A stretch of DNA of 64,000 nucleotides. It comes from Myxococcales bacterium (lineage in GTDB: Bacteria; Myxococcota_A; Polyangia; Polyangiales; DASUME01). Below are positions 10,164 to 20,000 of this stretch, piece after piece. A program made the translations under genes and the position numbers. The notes below the pieces were generated by a model. It had not been told where the DNA came from. It made no database searches and saw nothing but the letters and a program-made list of their open reading frames with translations. The stretch is from the NCBI GenBank assembly GCA_047601445.1, contig JASGJH010000001.1, forward strand, positions 1,664,001 through 1,728,000, read 5' to 3'. Within the stretch, counting starts at the first letter, position 1, and every line of letters starts with the position of its first letter.

Positions 10164-10712
10164 ATGGTTCGTTGGTTCCTCCTGTTGTTCCCCCTCCTCT
10201 GCTGCACTCTATCGAGCGCGCAGGTCGCCGCGCAGAGCGCGACCTCGGAAGGAGCAGCAGGCGTCGAACCAAGCGCGACCACCACACAGCGTCCCCCTCC
10301 GGGCACCTTCTTGCGTCCCAACGCGCGAGCCAATGGTTCAGCACGCCTGGTGCTCGATGAGCCGATCCACGCGGAGGCCAAGGAACTGCCCCCCCTGTGG
10401 CCCCCGATCGTGCTGATCGCGACGGGAGGCTGTGGCGCAGCCATCGGAGCCAGCATGGTGCTCGTCAACGTGTTCCCGTATGTGGGTCCACACTCCAGCG
10501 ACGAAGTCGATCCCAGCGAGCGCAACGCGGCACTAATTGGCCTCGGCCTTCTCGCCGTGGGCGGCGGCACACTCGTGGGGGGGTTGGTTTGGCTCAAGCA
10601 CCGCTCGCATGAACGGCTCCTGCGCTCACGCATGGTACGGCTCATGGATCCCCAGGCGCCCGCCTCGGTGCGGCTGATGGGTGCGGGCCTACGCGTGCAA
10701 TTCCGGATCTAG
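10164..10712 (+). CDS. hypothetical exported/membrane protein
   Basis: Signal peptide plus two hydrophobic Gly-rich helices and a terminal aromatic strand (GLRVQFRI). Confidence 0.6.
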   Translation: MVRWFLLLFPLLCCTLSSAQVAAQSATSEGAAGVEPSATTTQRPPPGTFLRPNARANGSARLVLDEPIHAEAKELPPLWPPIVLIATGGCGAAIGASMVLVNVFPYVGPHSSDEVDPSERNAALIGLGLLAVGGGTLVGGLVWLKHRSHERLLRSRMVRLMDPQAPASVRLMGAGLRVQFRI

Positions 10713-10870
10713 CCCACGCGCTGGACATCCCTCTCAGCAGCTCGCGCACGGCCCGTCGCAAGCCTTGCGACGCGCTGTGAGGCGTGCTGTCTTTCTCTGT
10801 GGGCACGCCCTCTTCACTCGCGGGAGCGGCCGTGCGACGGCGCCTCGACGCGCTGCTTCGCTCGGGCCGA

Positions 10871-11758
10871 TCAGCGCTTCCGCTGCGCCGTTGGCGAGGT
10901 TGGGCTCGCGTAGCGCGCCGCCATCTCCGACAACATCAAGTAGGCGCCCACGAGAAAGCAGACGGCTCCGACGAGTGTCCACAACGAGGACTCGAATGGA
11001 CTGAGCATGTGCCCGCCCGCAGCGACGTAGGAGCCCACTGCGGAGAGCCCAAACGCGACAGACCCCAACAGATTGATGAAGACGACCCACCAGGAGATGT
11101 TGCCGGGCAGGAGCCGAAACCAGCGGTGACACACTTCGGCAAAGGCCATGTAGCTGGCCACCAGGAAGCACAGCGACCCCACCGCATCGGGCGCCCACAC
11201 CAACACGTCTTCCTCGACGGGGTTCAACGTCCGCATGCCTTCGAAGGTGTTTCGATTGAACAGGAGCGTGCCACAGAACTGGATCAGACATGCCCACCAG
11301 GCGAGCTTGCGCGGCTGAAAGCGCCACCATGCAAACGCCGGGTACCGCTTGGTGACGGGGTCGCGCTCGTTGATGACCTCTCCAAGCTGGAGGTAGGCGG
11401 CGCTCGAGAAGAACAGCGATCCCACGAAGTACGTCGCGGCGCAGTAGGCGCCGGCGTGGGGGCGCGAGAGGTCCACCGCCGAAGCGAGCGCAAAGAGCGC
11501 AGAACCCACCATGAAGAGCACAGCGATCCACCAGCTGAAACTGCGCGGCTCCATGGGTAGCGCCCGCTGCGGCGCGGCACGTGTGGCTTCCTGCTCGGGC
11601 TCCGCATCGAGGCCCTTGCGGTTGCGCCGCGACTCGCGAACGCGGTGCTCTCCACTGGGCTCCTCGACGAGCCACTCGGTCACGAAGGGCCCCGGCCCTC
11701 GCACCCGCAAGAGGGTGTCGGGCGATCCCGCGTGCTCGTCTCGTTCGACCTCGTTCAT
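10871..11758 (-). CDS. multi-pass membrane protein (YrhK-like repeats)
   Basis: About 6 TM segments with repeated F.VGS..F motifs (WWIAVLFMVGSALF; YFVGSLFF; AVGSLCF). Start uncertain. Confidence 0.7.
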   Translation of the reverse strand: MNEVERDEHAGSPDTLLRVRGPGPFVTEWLVEEPSGEHRVRESRRNRKGLDAEPEQEATRAAPQRALPMEPRSFSWWIAVLFMVGSALFALASAVDLSRPHAGAYCAATYFVGSLFFSSAAYLQLGEVINERDPVTKRYPAFAWWRFQPRKLAWWACLIQFCGTLLFNRNTFEGMRTLNPVEEDVLVWAPDAVGSLCFLVASYMAFAEVCHRWFRLLPGNISWWVVFINLLGSVAFGLSAVGSYVAAGGHMLSPFESSLWTLVGAVCFLVGAYLMLSEMAARYASPTSPTAQRKR

Positions 11759-13232
11759 GACTGCGAACTCGGGTGTGCGCACGCGTGTGCTAGGCGCGCG
11801 CCGCAGGGCTCCATTCACGATAGCAGCCTTCGTCGCGCTCTGGAGTGTCGTGCTCCTGTTCGAGTGCAACCCCGCACACGCGTATCCGCCCGAGGAGCCT
11901 CCCCACATGGGACGGCGCGCAAAGGCCAACCCGTGGGCGTACGAGCAAGTCCCGACAATCGCGCCCAGCAGCGCCGATTCGAGCGCGATCCTCCCGCTCG
12001 AGGAAGAGACCATTCCCACCATCATCGGGGACGGCTGGCGCAACGGGCGCGCCGAGGTCGACGACGGTCAAGGCATCCTGGGCAAGCTCTATCCGCACGG
12101 AATCGAATGGCTTGCGGAGCACGGTGTGCAGCTCTTCGGCTGGTACATGATCGCCACGCAGGGCAATCCCGTGGGCGGCCAGGACCGCGCCTTTCGCTAC
12201 ACGGGCCTGTGGGACTTCGGCTTGGACCTCGACATGGGGACCATGGCCAACTTGCACGGCCTCTGGATCCACGTCTCGGGCTCCTGGGCGAGCGGCAAGA
12301 ACCTCAGCACGGACATCGGGACCTTTGCGCCGGTCAACACGGTCTACAGCGGGAAATCGATGCGCTTCTTCGAGGCGTATCTGGAGCAGCGCATGTTCGG
12401 TGACCGCCTCTCGATCCGCGTGGGCAGAGTGTCCGTCGGCTGGGAATACGGCCTCGAGTACGAATACTTCACGCAGTACCTGAGCGGCGTCTTCCGTCTG
12501 AATGTATTCTCACTTGCCGCGGCCACCCCGAACTTCGCCGAAATCCCCTACTCCAACTGGGGCATGCGCGTGCGCTACACCCCCAACCTGCACTGGCGCC
12601 TACAAGCCTCGTTCATGAACGGCTACCCGCAGGACTTCTCCGCCCCCAACAAGCACGGGCTGGACTTCAAGTTTCAGCCGCAAAAGGGCTCCTTCTTCAT
12701 CGTGGAGGGCAGCTATCAATGGGTGCCGTCGGACGAGGAACGCAATCGCAATCCCGGGCGCCTCCCGGGCCGCCTGATCTTGGGTGCCTACTACGACACC
12801 GGGCCCTTCGATCTGGTGAACGGCACGATGGGCACCGACCGCGGCCTCGCCACCGGCTACGCCATCGTGCGCCAAAAGCTCTGGGAACCAGCGCTCGATT
12901 CGAGCAGGGGACTGGTGGGGTGGACCTCAGCCACGGTGAGCGGCAAGCAGAACATCGTCGAGCTGCCGTGGTTCTGGAGCGGCGGCCTGGTCTGGACGGG
13001 TCTCATTCCGCGTCGGCACAAGGACGTCCTCGCGTTCGGCTTCGCCAATGAGTTCTTCAGCAAGGATGTGCCCAACCAGAGCTACGAAATCACGCTCGAG
13101 GCCGCCTATTCGGTCAACGCGACCACCTGGATCACGCTGACGCCGGACTTCCAATACATCGTGAATCCAGGCGGAACCCACACCACCGACAACGCATTCA
13201 TCGCAGGCATGCTCACGTACCTGACGTTCTGA
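11757..13232 (+). CDS. oprB: carbohydrate-selective porin, OprB family
   Basis: GNPVGG, EAYLEQ…LSIRVGR, E.TLEAAY and LTPDFQYIVNPGG motifs with terminal Phe. Start uncertain (11757 or 11775). Confidence 0.85.
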   Translation: MTANSGVRTRVLGARRRAPFTIAAFVALWSVVLLFECNPAHAYPPEEPPHMGRRAKANPWAYEQVPTIAPSSADSSAILPLEEETIPTIIGDGWRNGRAEVDDGQGILGKLYPHGIEWLAEHGVQLFGWYMIATQGNPVGGQDRAFRYTGLWDFGLDLDMGTMANLHGLWIHVSGSWASGKNLSTDIGTFAPVNTVYSGKSMRFFEAYLEQRMFGDRLSIRVGRVSVGWEYGLEYEYFTQYLSGVFRLNVFSLAAATPNFAEIPYSNWGMRVRYTPNLHWRLQASFMNGYPQDFSAPNKHGLDFKFQPQKGSFFIVEGSYQWVPSDEERNRNPGRLPGRLILGAYYDTGPFDLVNGTMGTDRGLATGYAIVRQKLWEPALDSSRGLVGWTSATVSGKQNIVELPWFWSGGLVWTGLIPRRHKDVLAFGFANEFFSKDVPNQSYEITLEAAYSVNATTWITLTPDFQYIVNPGGTHTTDNAFIAGMLTYLTF

Positions 13233-13274
13233 CATCGGAGCTCAGGCGGCTTCGATGGCCGACCACATTCAGCG

Positions 13275-14975
13275 TCAGTGCCCTGCGATGCGGCTCAGAC
13301 AGCGAGCGTGATCGAGGGGACGACCGAGCTCGGCGTAGCGCGCGGCGGCCTCGCTCAAGCCGGCCAGGGCGCGCGCGTCGTTCCCTTGGGCGCGGCGCAG
13401 CACACCGCGAGCTTCCCAGATCGCAGCGACCCAGGGCCCTCCATTCCACATTCCGGCGAGACGCTCGGCTTCATCGAGGCGTCGGCTCACCTGCTCGAGC
13501 TGTCCAGCCTCGGCGAGCGCGATCGCCGACACCGTGCGAAAGCCCATCGAGCACGGCTGGCACAACGTGCCCGCGGAGAGCAGGCCATCGCCCTCCTGGA
13601 TGGCGCGCAGCACGTCCTCCGAGGTCTCGGCGGCCATCACCTCGAGCGCCTTGATGCGGATGCGCAGATGCGGCGCGAGCCAGGTGGTGTTCATGATGGC
13701 AGCGGCCTGGCGGATCAGTTCCCGCGCGGACGCCTTATCGCCGCGAGCCAGGGCCAGCTGCGCGAGCTGCTCCAGCACCAGCACGCTCCCGGCGACGGCA
13801 CCGGTCTCGGCGTGGTGTTGCTCGGCCTCCAACAGCAGCTGCTCCGCTTCCACGAGACGGCCCGCGCAGAGCGCCAGAGCGCCGAGCATGAACTTGGCGA
13901 GACCGCGCCCCGGGATGGAGCCCGCCTGTTCCGCGAGCGCCAGCAACTCACGCGCCGCGGTCACCACCTGGTCGTGGCCATCCGGGCTGGCCATGCAGAA
14001 CTGGGCGAAACAGATGTGGCCGTCGAAGACGTTCGAGGTAAAAGCCGGTGCCGCCCGCACCCACTCCACCACTTCCTCGCGAAACAGCGCGCTCCAGCGT
14101 CCCTGCATGTGCGCAACCATGCCGAGCAGCGCCGTGGCCTCCCCCATCTCCCGCCCAAGCCCCGCGCCCAACGCGAGCTCACGCGTGTCGCGCGCCACGC
14201 GCTCGGCCTTCTCGGGCTCTCCGCTGTGAAGGTGCACGAGCCCCCAGGCGAGCGAGGCGCGAATGCGATCGACGAGGTCCACTGGCTGGAGGGCCGGTGT
14301 TGCCAGTGCGCGGTCATGCAGGGCCACGGCTGCCTTACTCGGTCCGATCCCAAGGTCGACCCGCAAGCGCTCCCGCAGCGCCTGGAACAGACGGATGGCT
14401 TCCCCGCGCCGACCGGCATCGAGGGCGGCTTGCATGAGGGCGCACTGCGCCTGCTCGTCGGTCGGATCGATGGCGATCAACCGCTCCCACAGCTTGCCAG
14501 CCCGCAACACCCGCACATATCGCTGCTGCAATTGCTTGCGCGGCTCTTCGAGCCACTCGACGTAGCGATCGTCCGGTAAGAGCTCTCCGCGGTACAGATC
14601 CGCAGCCCGCTCGCAGGCTGCGGCGTCGGATCCTGCGAGGGCCAGCTTGGCCGCCTCTTCGAACGCCCTCACGTCCACGACGAGCTCGACGTCGGACGCG
14701 AGCGCGATGACTTCACTGGACTCGATCACCTCGTGCTCACCGAGCGTACGCCGCGCGAAGTGCACTGCCTTGCGCAGGTTGGCGCCCGCAGCATCGGGAT
14801 CCAGGTCCGGCCAGAACCGATCCATCACCTGCTCACGGTGCAGTCGGCTTCCCGGGGTCAGGGCCAAGAGCTTCACCAACGCGGCACTGCGCTCACGTCG
14901 CCAGGCCTCGGAGGGGATCACACGATCCTCAATAGTTACGCGGAATTGGCCAAGTAGTTCGATCTGCAGCCGCAT
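13275..14975 (-). CDS. AfsR/SARP-type transcriptional regulator (wHTH + BTAD + TPR-like)
   Basis: MRLQIELLGQFRV…LVKLLAL…WPD…NLRKA, LYRGELLP and LGIGPS motifs. Start refined to ATG 14975. Confidence 0.88.
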   Translation of the reverse strand: MRLQIELLGQFRVTIEDRVIPSEAWRRERSAALVKLLALTPGSRLHREQVMDRFWPDLDPDAAGANLRKAVHFARRTLGEHEVIESSEVIALASDVELVVDVRAFEEAAKLALAGSDAAACERAADLYRGELLPDDRYVEWLEEPRKQLQQRYVRVLRAGKLWERLIAIDPTDEQAQCALMQAALDAGRRGEAIRLFQALRERLRVDLGIGPSKAAVALHDRALATPALQPVDLVDRIRASLAWGLVHLHSGEPEKAERVARDTRELALGAGLGREMGEATALLGMVAHMQGRWSALFREEVVEWVRAAPAFTSNVFDGHICFAQFCMASPDGHDQVVTAARELLALAEQAGSIPGRGLAKFMLGALALCAGRLVEAEQLLLEAEQHHAETGAVAGSVLVLEQLAQLALARGDKASARELIRQAAAIMNTTWLAPHLRIRIKALEVMAAETSEDVLRAIQEGDGLLSAGTLCQPCSMGFRTVSAIALAEAGQLEQVSRRLDEAERLAGMWNGGPWVAAIWEARGVLRRAQGNDARALAGLSEAAARYAELGRPLDHARCLSRIAGH

Positions 14976-14997
14976 GGCGGGTACGAAATTAGCACCC

Positions 14998-15017
14998 GGG
15001 GAACGCTTGGGGAACGC
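14998..15017. promoter_or_regulatory. direct repeat GGGGAACGC x2 with 11-bp period, candidate SARP binding site
   Basis: GGGGAACGC-TT-GGGGAACGC between the divergent BTAD regulator and peroxiredoxin genes. Confidence 0.55.
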
Positions 15018-15094
15018 CGGCTCTCTAGAGTGTTCTCCAGACGCGACCCGAGCAGGTCCGCAGCCCGAAACACCAACCCGAAAGGCACACCACC

Positions 15095-15763
15095 ATGGCA
15101 CTCCGCATCAACGACATCGCCCCCGACTTCCAGGCCGATACCACCGAGGGCCCCCTCTCGTTTCACGCCTGGCTGGGCAATAGCTGGGGCATCCTCTTCT
15201 CGCATCCCAAGGACTTTACGCCTGTATGCACCACCGAGCTCGGCTACGTGGCCAAGCTCAAGCCCGAGTTCGACAAGCGCGGGGTCAAGGTGATCGGTCT
15301 GTCCGTGGACGCGGTCGACCGGCACCAGGGCTGGGCCAAGGACATCGAGGAGACCCAGGGCACGGCGCCGAACTTCCCCATGATCGGGGATCCGACGCTC
15401 GCCGTCTCCAAGCTCTACGACATGTTGCCCGCGGAGGTCGCGGGCGAAGCCGCAGGCCGCACCGCCGCCGACAACCAGACCGTACGTACGGTCTACGTCG
15501 TGGGTCCCGACAAGCGCATCAAGCTGATGATCTCCTATCCGATGACCACCGGTCGCAACTTCGACGAGATCTTGCGCGTCATCGATTCGATGCAGCTCAC
15601 GGCCAAGCACAAGGTGGCCACCCCCGTGAACTGGAAGCAGGGCGAAGACGTGATCATCGTCCCGGCCGTATCGAACGACGACGCCAAGGGGCTCTTCCCG
15701 AACGGCTGGAAGGAAATCAAGCCCTACCTGCGTTTGGTGCGTCAGCCCGGGGCCAACAAGTGA
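15095..15763 (+). CDS. 1-Cys peroxiredoxin (Prx6 family)
   Basis: FSHPKDFTPVCTTE motif, YP.TTGRNFDEILR, ATPVNW. Confidence 0.96.
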   Translation: MALRINDIAPDFQADTTEGPLSFHAWLGNSWGILFSHPKDFTPVCTTELGYVAKLKPEFDKRGVKVIGLSVDAVDRHQGWAKDIEETQGTAPNFPMIGDPTLAVSKLYDMLPAEVAGEAAGRTAADNQTVRTVYVVGPDKRIKLMISYPMTTGRNFDEILRVIDSMQLTAKHKVATPVNWKQGEDVIIVPAVSNDDAKGLFPNGWKEIKPYLRLVRQPGANK

Positions 15764-16896
15764 AGAAGCGGGTCCTCATCCTGGGCGCCGGCTTTGCTGG
15801 TCTCGAGCTCGCAACCTCCCTCTCGGAGACCCATGGCGATAGCATCGAGATCACCATCCTCGACAAGTCGGACGCCTTCATCTTCGGCTTCGCGAAGCTC
15901 GACGTGATGTTCGGAAAGGCACCGCTGGAGAGCGTGCGCCTGCCCTATCGGGCGCTGAACAAGCCGGGGGTCACGTTCAAGCGCGAGGCGATTTTGGCCA
16001 TCGATCCCGCCACACGGTGCGTGACCACCGACGCGGGTGTCCACCAAGCGGACATGCTGGTGATCGCGCTCGGCGCGGACTACGACGTGTCCGGCACCCC
16101 CGGCATCATCCTCGGCGACAACGAGTTCTATTCGGTGCCCGGCGCCAGACACCTGGCCGACGTCTTGCCCAGCTTCACCAAGGGCCACGCCGTGATCGGC
16201 GTGTGCGGCGCGCCGTACAAGTGCCCGCCGGCCCCGAGCGAGTGCGCCCTGATGTTGCATGATTACCTCGTGGCTCGCGGCGTGCGCACGGAGTGTCACA
16301 TCACCTTGGTGAACCCCCTGCCGAGCCCGGTGCCGCCCTCACCGGAGACCTCCAAGGCCCTCATCGCAGCCTTCGCGGAGCGCGGCATCGAGTACCTGCC
16401 GAATCACCGCGTCGCGTCGGTGGATCGCGGACGCAACATGGTGACGCTGGAGGACGGGCACGAGCTGCCGTGCGATTTGTTCCTGGGCGTCCCCAAGAAC
16501 CGGGCGCCCGACGTGGTGGTCGCCGCCGGACTCACCGTCGATGGTTGGGTCACGGTGGATCCGCGCACACTCGAGACCAAGTTCCAGGGAGTCTACGCCG
16601 TGGGCGACCTGGCCAACACGGGCGCCCCCAAGGCCGGCGTGTTCGCGGAAGGCGCTGCGCGAGCCGTCGCCGCCAATCTGACGTCCATCCTGCGCGAGCA
16701 AGAACCCACGGCGAAGAACCCGGGAGCGGGCTCCTGCTACATCGAGTTCGGCGCCAACCGGATCGCCCGTGTCGACGTGGACTTCTTCTCGGGTCCCAAG
16801 CCGACGGGGACCTTCCATGCCCCGAGCGAGGCCCTGCGCGCAGACAAGCAGAGCTTCGGTGCGACGCGACGTGCACGCTGGTTCGGCCAAGGGTGA
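15760..16896 (+). CDS. sulfide:quinone oxidoreductase-like FAD-dependent oxidoreductase
   Basis: GTG start overlapping the Prx stop (GTGA). GAGFAG dinucleotide motif, YKCPPAP, VYAVGD, PKAGVFA and second Cys in GSCYIE. Confidence 0.8.
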   Translation: MKKRVLILGAGFAGLELATSLSETHGDSIEITILDKSDAFIFGFAKLDVMFGKAPLESVRLPYRALNKPGVTFKREAILAIDPATRCVTTDAGVHQADMLVIALGADYDVSGTPGIILGDNEFYSVPGARHLADVLPSFTKGHAVIGVCGAPYKCPPAPSECALMLHDYLVARGVRTECHITLVNPLPSPVPPSPETSKALIAAFAERGIEYLPNHRVASVDRGRNMVTLEDGHELPCDLFLGVPKNRAPDVVVAAGLTVDGWVTVDPRTLETKFQGVYAVGDLANTGAPKAGVFAEGAARAVAANLTSILREQEPTAKNPGAGSCYIEFGANRIARVDVDFFSGPKPTGTFHAPSEALRADKQSFGATRRARWFGQG

Positions 16897-17007
16897 TGCC
16901 GACCGGAGCCAGCGAGCACGTGCGCCATGCCGGGGTGAGGCCGTGAAAGCGCCTTTCCTTTTTTGAAGGCGTCGCGGTAATCATGGACCCCTTTTCGGGG
17001 GGATTCC

Positions 17008-20000
17008 GTGACGACACGAGCTTGCATGGCGTCAGCGCGCCATTGGGCGGCGATCTGCATTTTTGCGCTCGGCTGCAGCACCGCACCGGACCAGGAACCA
17101 GAACCCAAGGCTTCAACGAGCGGCAGCGGCGGCGGGACGACCGCTAGCGCGCCTCGCACTTCGGGCGAACCTGGTACGGTGCTCGCGGACGCACACGAAG
17201 CTCCACCTCTCCAGGTGCTCGGGCCCCTCGGCAGCGGCGAGCCCATCGATCTGGCTGCGTTGTTGGATCGCGCGAAGTTGCCGCACGACCAGAGCGTCCG
17301 CGTCTGGCTCGACGTCGACCACGACGGTCGCTTCACGAACGACGAGGTCACCTACGAGGGCGCTGCCACCCACGCGCTCGATGGCATTCGTCTGTCCGAG
17401 AGCCAACGGCGCTCCCTGCACCGGGACGACCCGCGGACCGTCAGGCTACGGCTCGCGTCTGGTGGACGCAGCTTCGATTTCGGCCTCATCGCCATGCCCC
17501 GCACACGGGCCGTGACCCCGATTCGCCTACGTAGCGGCCGCATCGACGCCGAGGCGCTTCCGGAGCCCATTCGCATCGAGAGCGGCCGACACCATGTCAT
17601 TCAGTTCGCCCGCATCCCCAGCGCCGACGAGAAAGCCGAGCTCGAAGAGCTTGGGGTCGCGCTGCTGGGCTACATCCCTGACCGCAGCTTCTGGGCGCGC
17701 ATCGAGGGCGAGCCGGAGCGCGTGCGTCAGACCTCCATCGCGGGCGGCCTCGTGTTGGCTCGACCTGCGACCGCCGACGTGAAGCTCGACGCATCGTTGT
17801 CCACGGCCGACGACGCTTCCCAGCAGCTCGCGGTGCACTTCTTTGCCGACGCGTCCCAGGATGAAATGACGCGCGTGTCGGCCCTCTTGGCGAAGGCGTC
17901 GATCAAGCGTTGGGAAAGCGACTACGCCGTCATCGCGCGGCCGAGCTTCGCCCTCGAGCAGCTCACCGGGCTCGAAGGCGTGCAGTGGGTGGAGCCCTAT
18001 GTGGAGGACACCCGACTCCACTCGGCCGCCGGCAATCTGCAGCACCGGGTCACACCGCTGAGGTCGGCACCGTACTCACTCGACGGAACCGGTGTGAAGG
18101 TGGCCGTGTTCGACGCGTTCTGGATCGACGGTACGCATCCCGACCTGGCTCCGCGGATCATCACCTCCGACCAATCCCTGCTCGCCAGCAACGGCATCCC
18201 GGTCGGAAGCCTCAATCGCGTCGGCGCCCATGCGACGCATATGGCGGGCGTGATCGCCTCGAGCGGCGCTGGAAACGCGGACGCCATCGGCGCAGCGCCG
18301 CAGGCGGTCTTGTACAGCTACCTCGAGGCGTACACCTACCAGAACCCGAATGCGACGATCCTGGCGCAGTCCAGCGCGCTCGGGTGGCGCATCATCAATC
18401 ACTCCTACGGGAGCGGCTATCCCTGCGCGGACCCGTCCACCGAGCCGTGCAAGAGTGATCCGCACTGGGCGAGCTACATCCAGCACGCGGCCGATGCGGA
18501 CACCTGGGCCACGCAAGCAGGCGTAATCTCCATCTACTCGGCCGGCAACGACGGCGCGGTCAAGCAATACCCGGACAACTGGCCCGACGAGAACTGGCAG
18601 ACGATCTACAGCGGCGCCGTGGCCAAGAACGTGATCGCCACCTGTGGCGCCTCCAAGATCGCCAACGCCGGCGAGACCTACTCGATCCGCGTGGATACCT
18701 CCAAGGGCCCCACCAGTGATGGACGCGTCAAACCCGATTTGTGCGCGGTCGCCGTCCCGGTGGTCGATGGCGGCATCGTCTACACCACCGAGCTCAACGG
18801 TGGCTACACCACCACGCAAGCGACCTCGGGTGCTGCGGCCCAGGTGACGGGCATCGTCGCCCTGCTCATGCAGGCGTACCGCAACGCACTCGGCCAGCCC
18901 GAGGCTCAACTGCCCCCTGATCTCGCGCGCGGCCTCCTGATCCACAGCGCCGACGACATGACCGAGCAGAACGCCTACCACGAGTGGTACGGCATCTTCG
19001 ACAGCCACGCAGCTCCTGGTCCCGACTACACCACGGGCTGGGGCTACGCGAACGCCCAGGCCGCAGTGGACCTTCTGCGTGCGAGCACGCATAGGGGATC
19101 GCAGCGCTTGTTCAACGGCCAGCTCCATGAATACGAGGTCACGGTGCCCGCCGGCCAACCCCTCAAGGTCACGCTTGCCTGGACCGATCCGCCTGCTTCC
19201 GTGGGTACGGGCCGCGCGCTCGTGAATGACCTGGATCTCAGTGTCAGCGAGGTCGGATCCGGCGCGACCTACTATCCCTGGGTGCTCGACAAGGACCAGC
19301 CCATGCAGCCGGCCACCACCGGCATCAACGTGGTGGATAACGTCGAGCAGGTGGTGCTCACCAACACGACCAACGCGGCCCTCACCTATCGGATCGCGAT
19401 CCGAGCTTCGGCGGTACCTCAGGGGCCCCAGGCCTACCAGCTCCTCACGGACTACGACCTCAGCTTCGACGGTCCCCCACCCGCGACCTTGCCTCCCAGC
19501 GCAAACTTCAGCGTGCTCTGTGCCAGCCTCGAGTGCGACTTCACGGACGCGAGCACGGATCCCGACGGCAGCGTGGTGACCCGCCTCTGGAACTTCGGCG
19601 ACGGCACCACCAGCCAGCAACGAAACCCCAGGCACCTCTTCGCGGCACCTGGCAGCTACAACGTCACGCTGACGGTCACCGACGACACGAACCTGACCGC
19701 GACGCGCAGCAGCGCCACGGGCGTGACCTCCTGCTTCACGGCCGTCAACTCCGCTCACTACACGGCCGGCCGGGCGACTCGCACGGGCTTCTTGAGTTAC
19801 ACCTACTACGCCGTCGGAAGCGGGACAAAACTCGGCGCGGCTAGCACCAGCACGTCGCTGCAAGGCGGGAATGGCTCCTTCGATCTCGTGTCGAGCTGCC
19901 CAGCTCCCCTCCCCGCTCCGCCCACCGTAAGTTCCATCAGCGCCTCGGTGAGCAACGGCGTCGTGACGGTGTCTGGCACGGCCTCGGACATCAACAACAA

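Noticed and set aside
15226..15759. N-terminal extension of the SQR-like ORF
   Set aside because: It overlaps the peroxiredoxin out of frame. The real start is GTG 15760.
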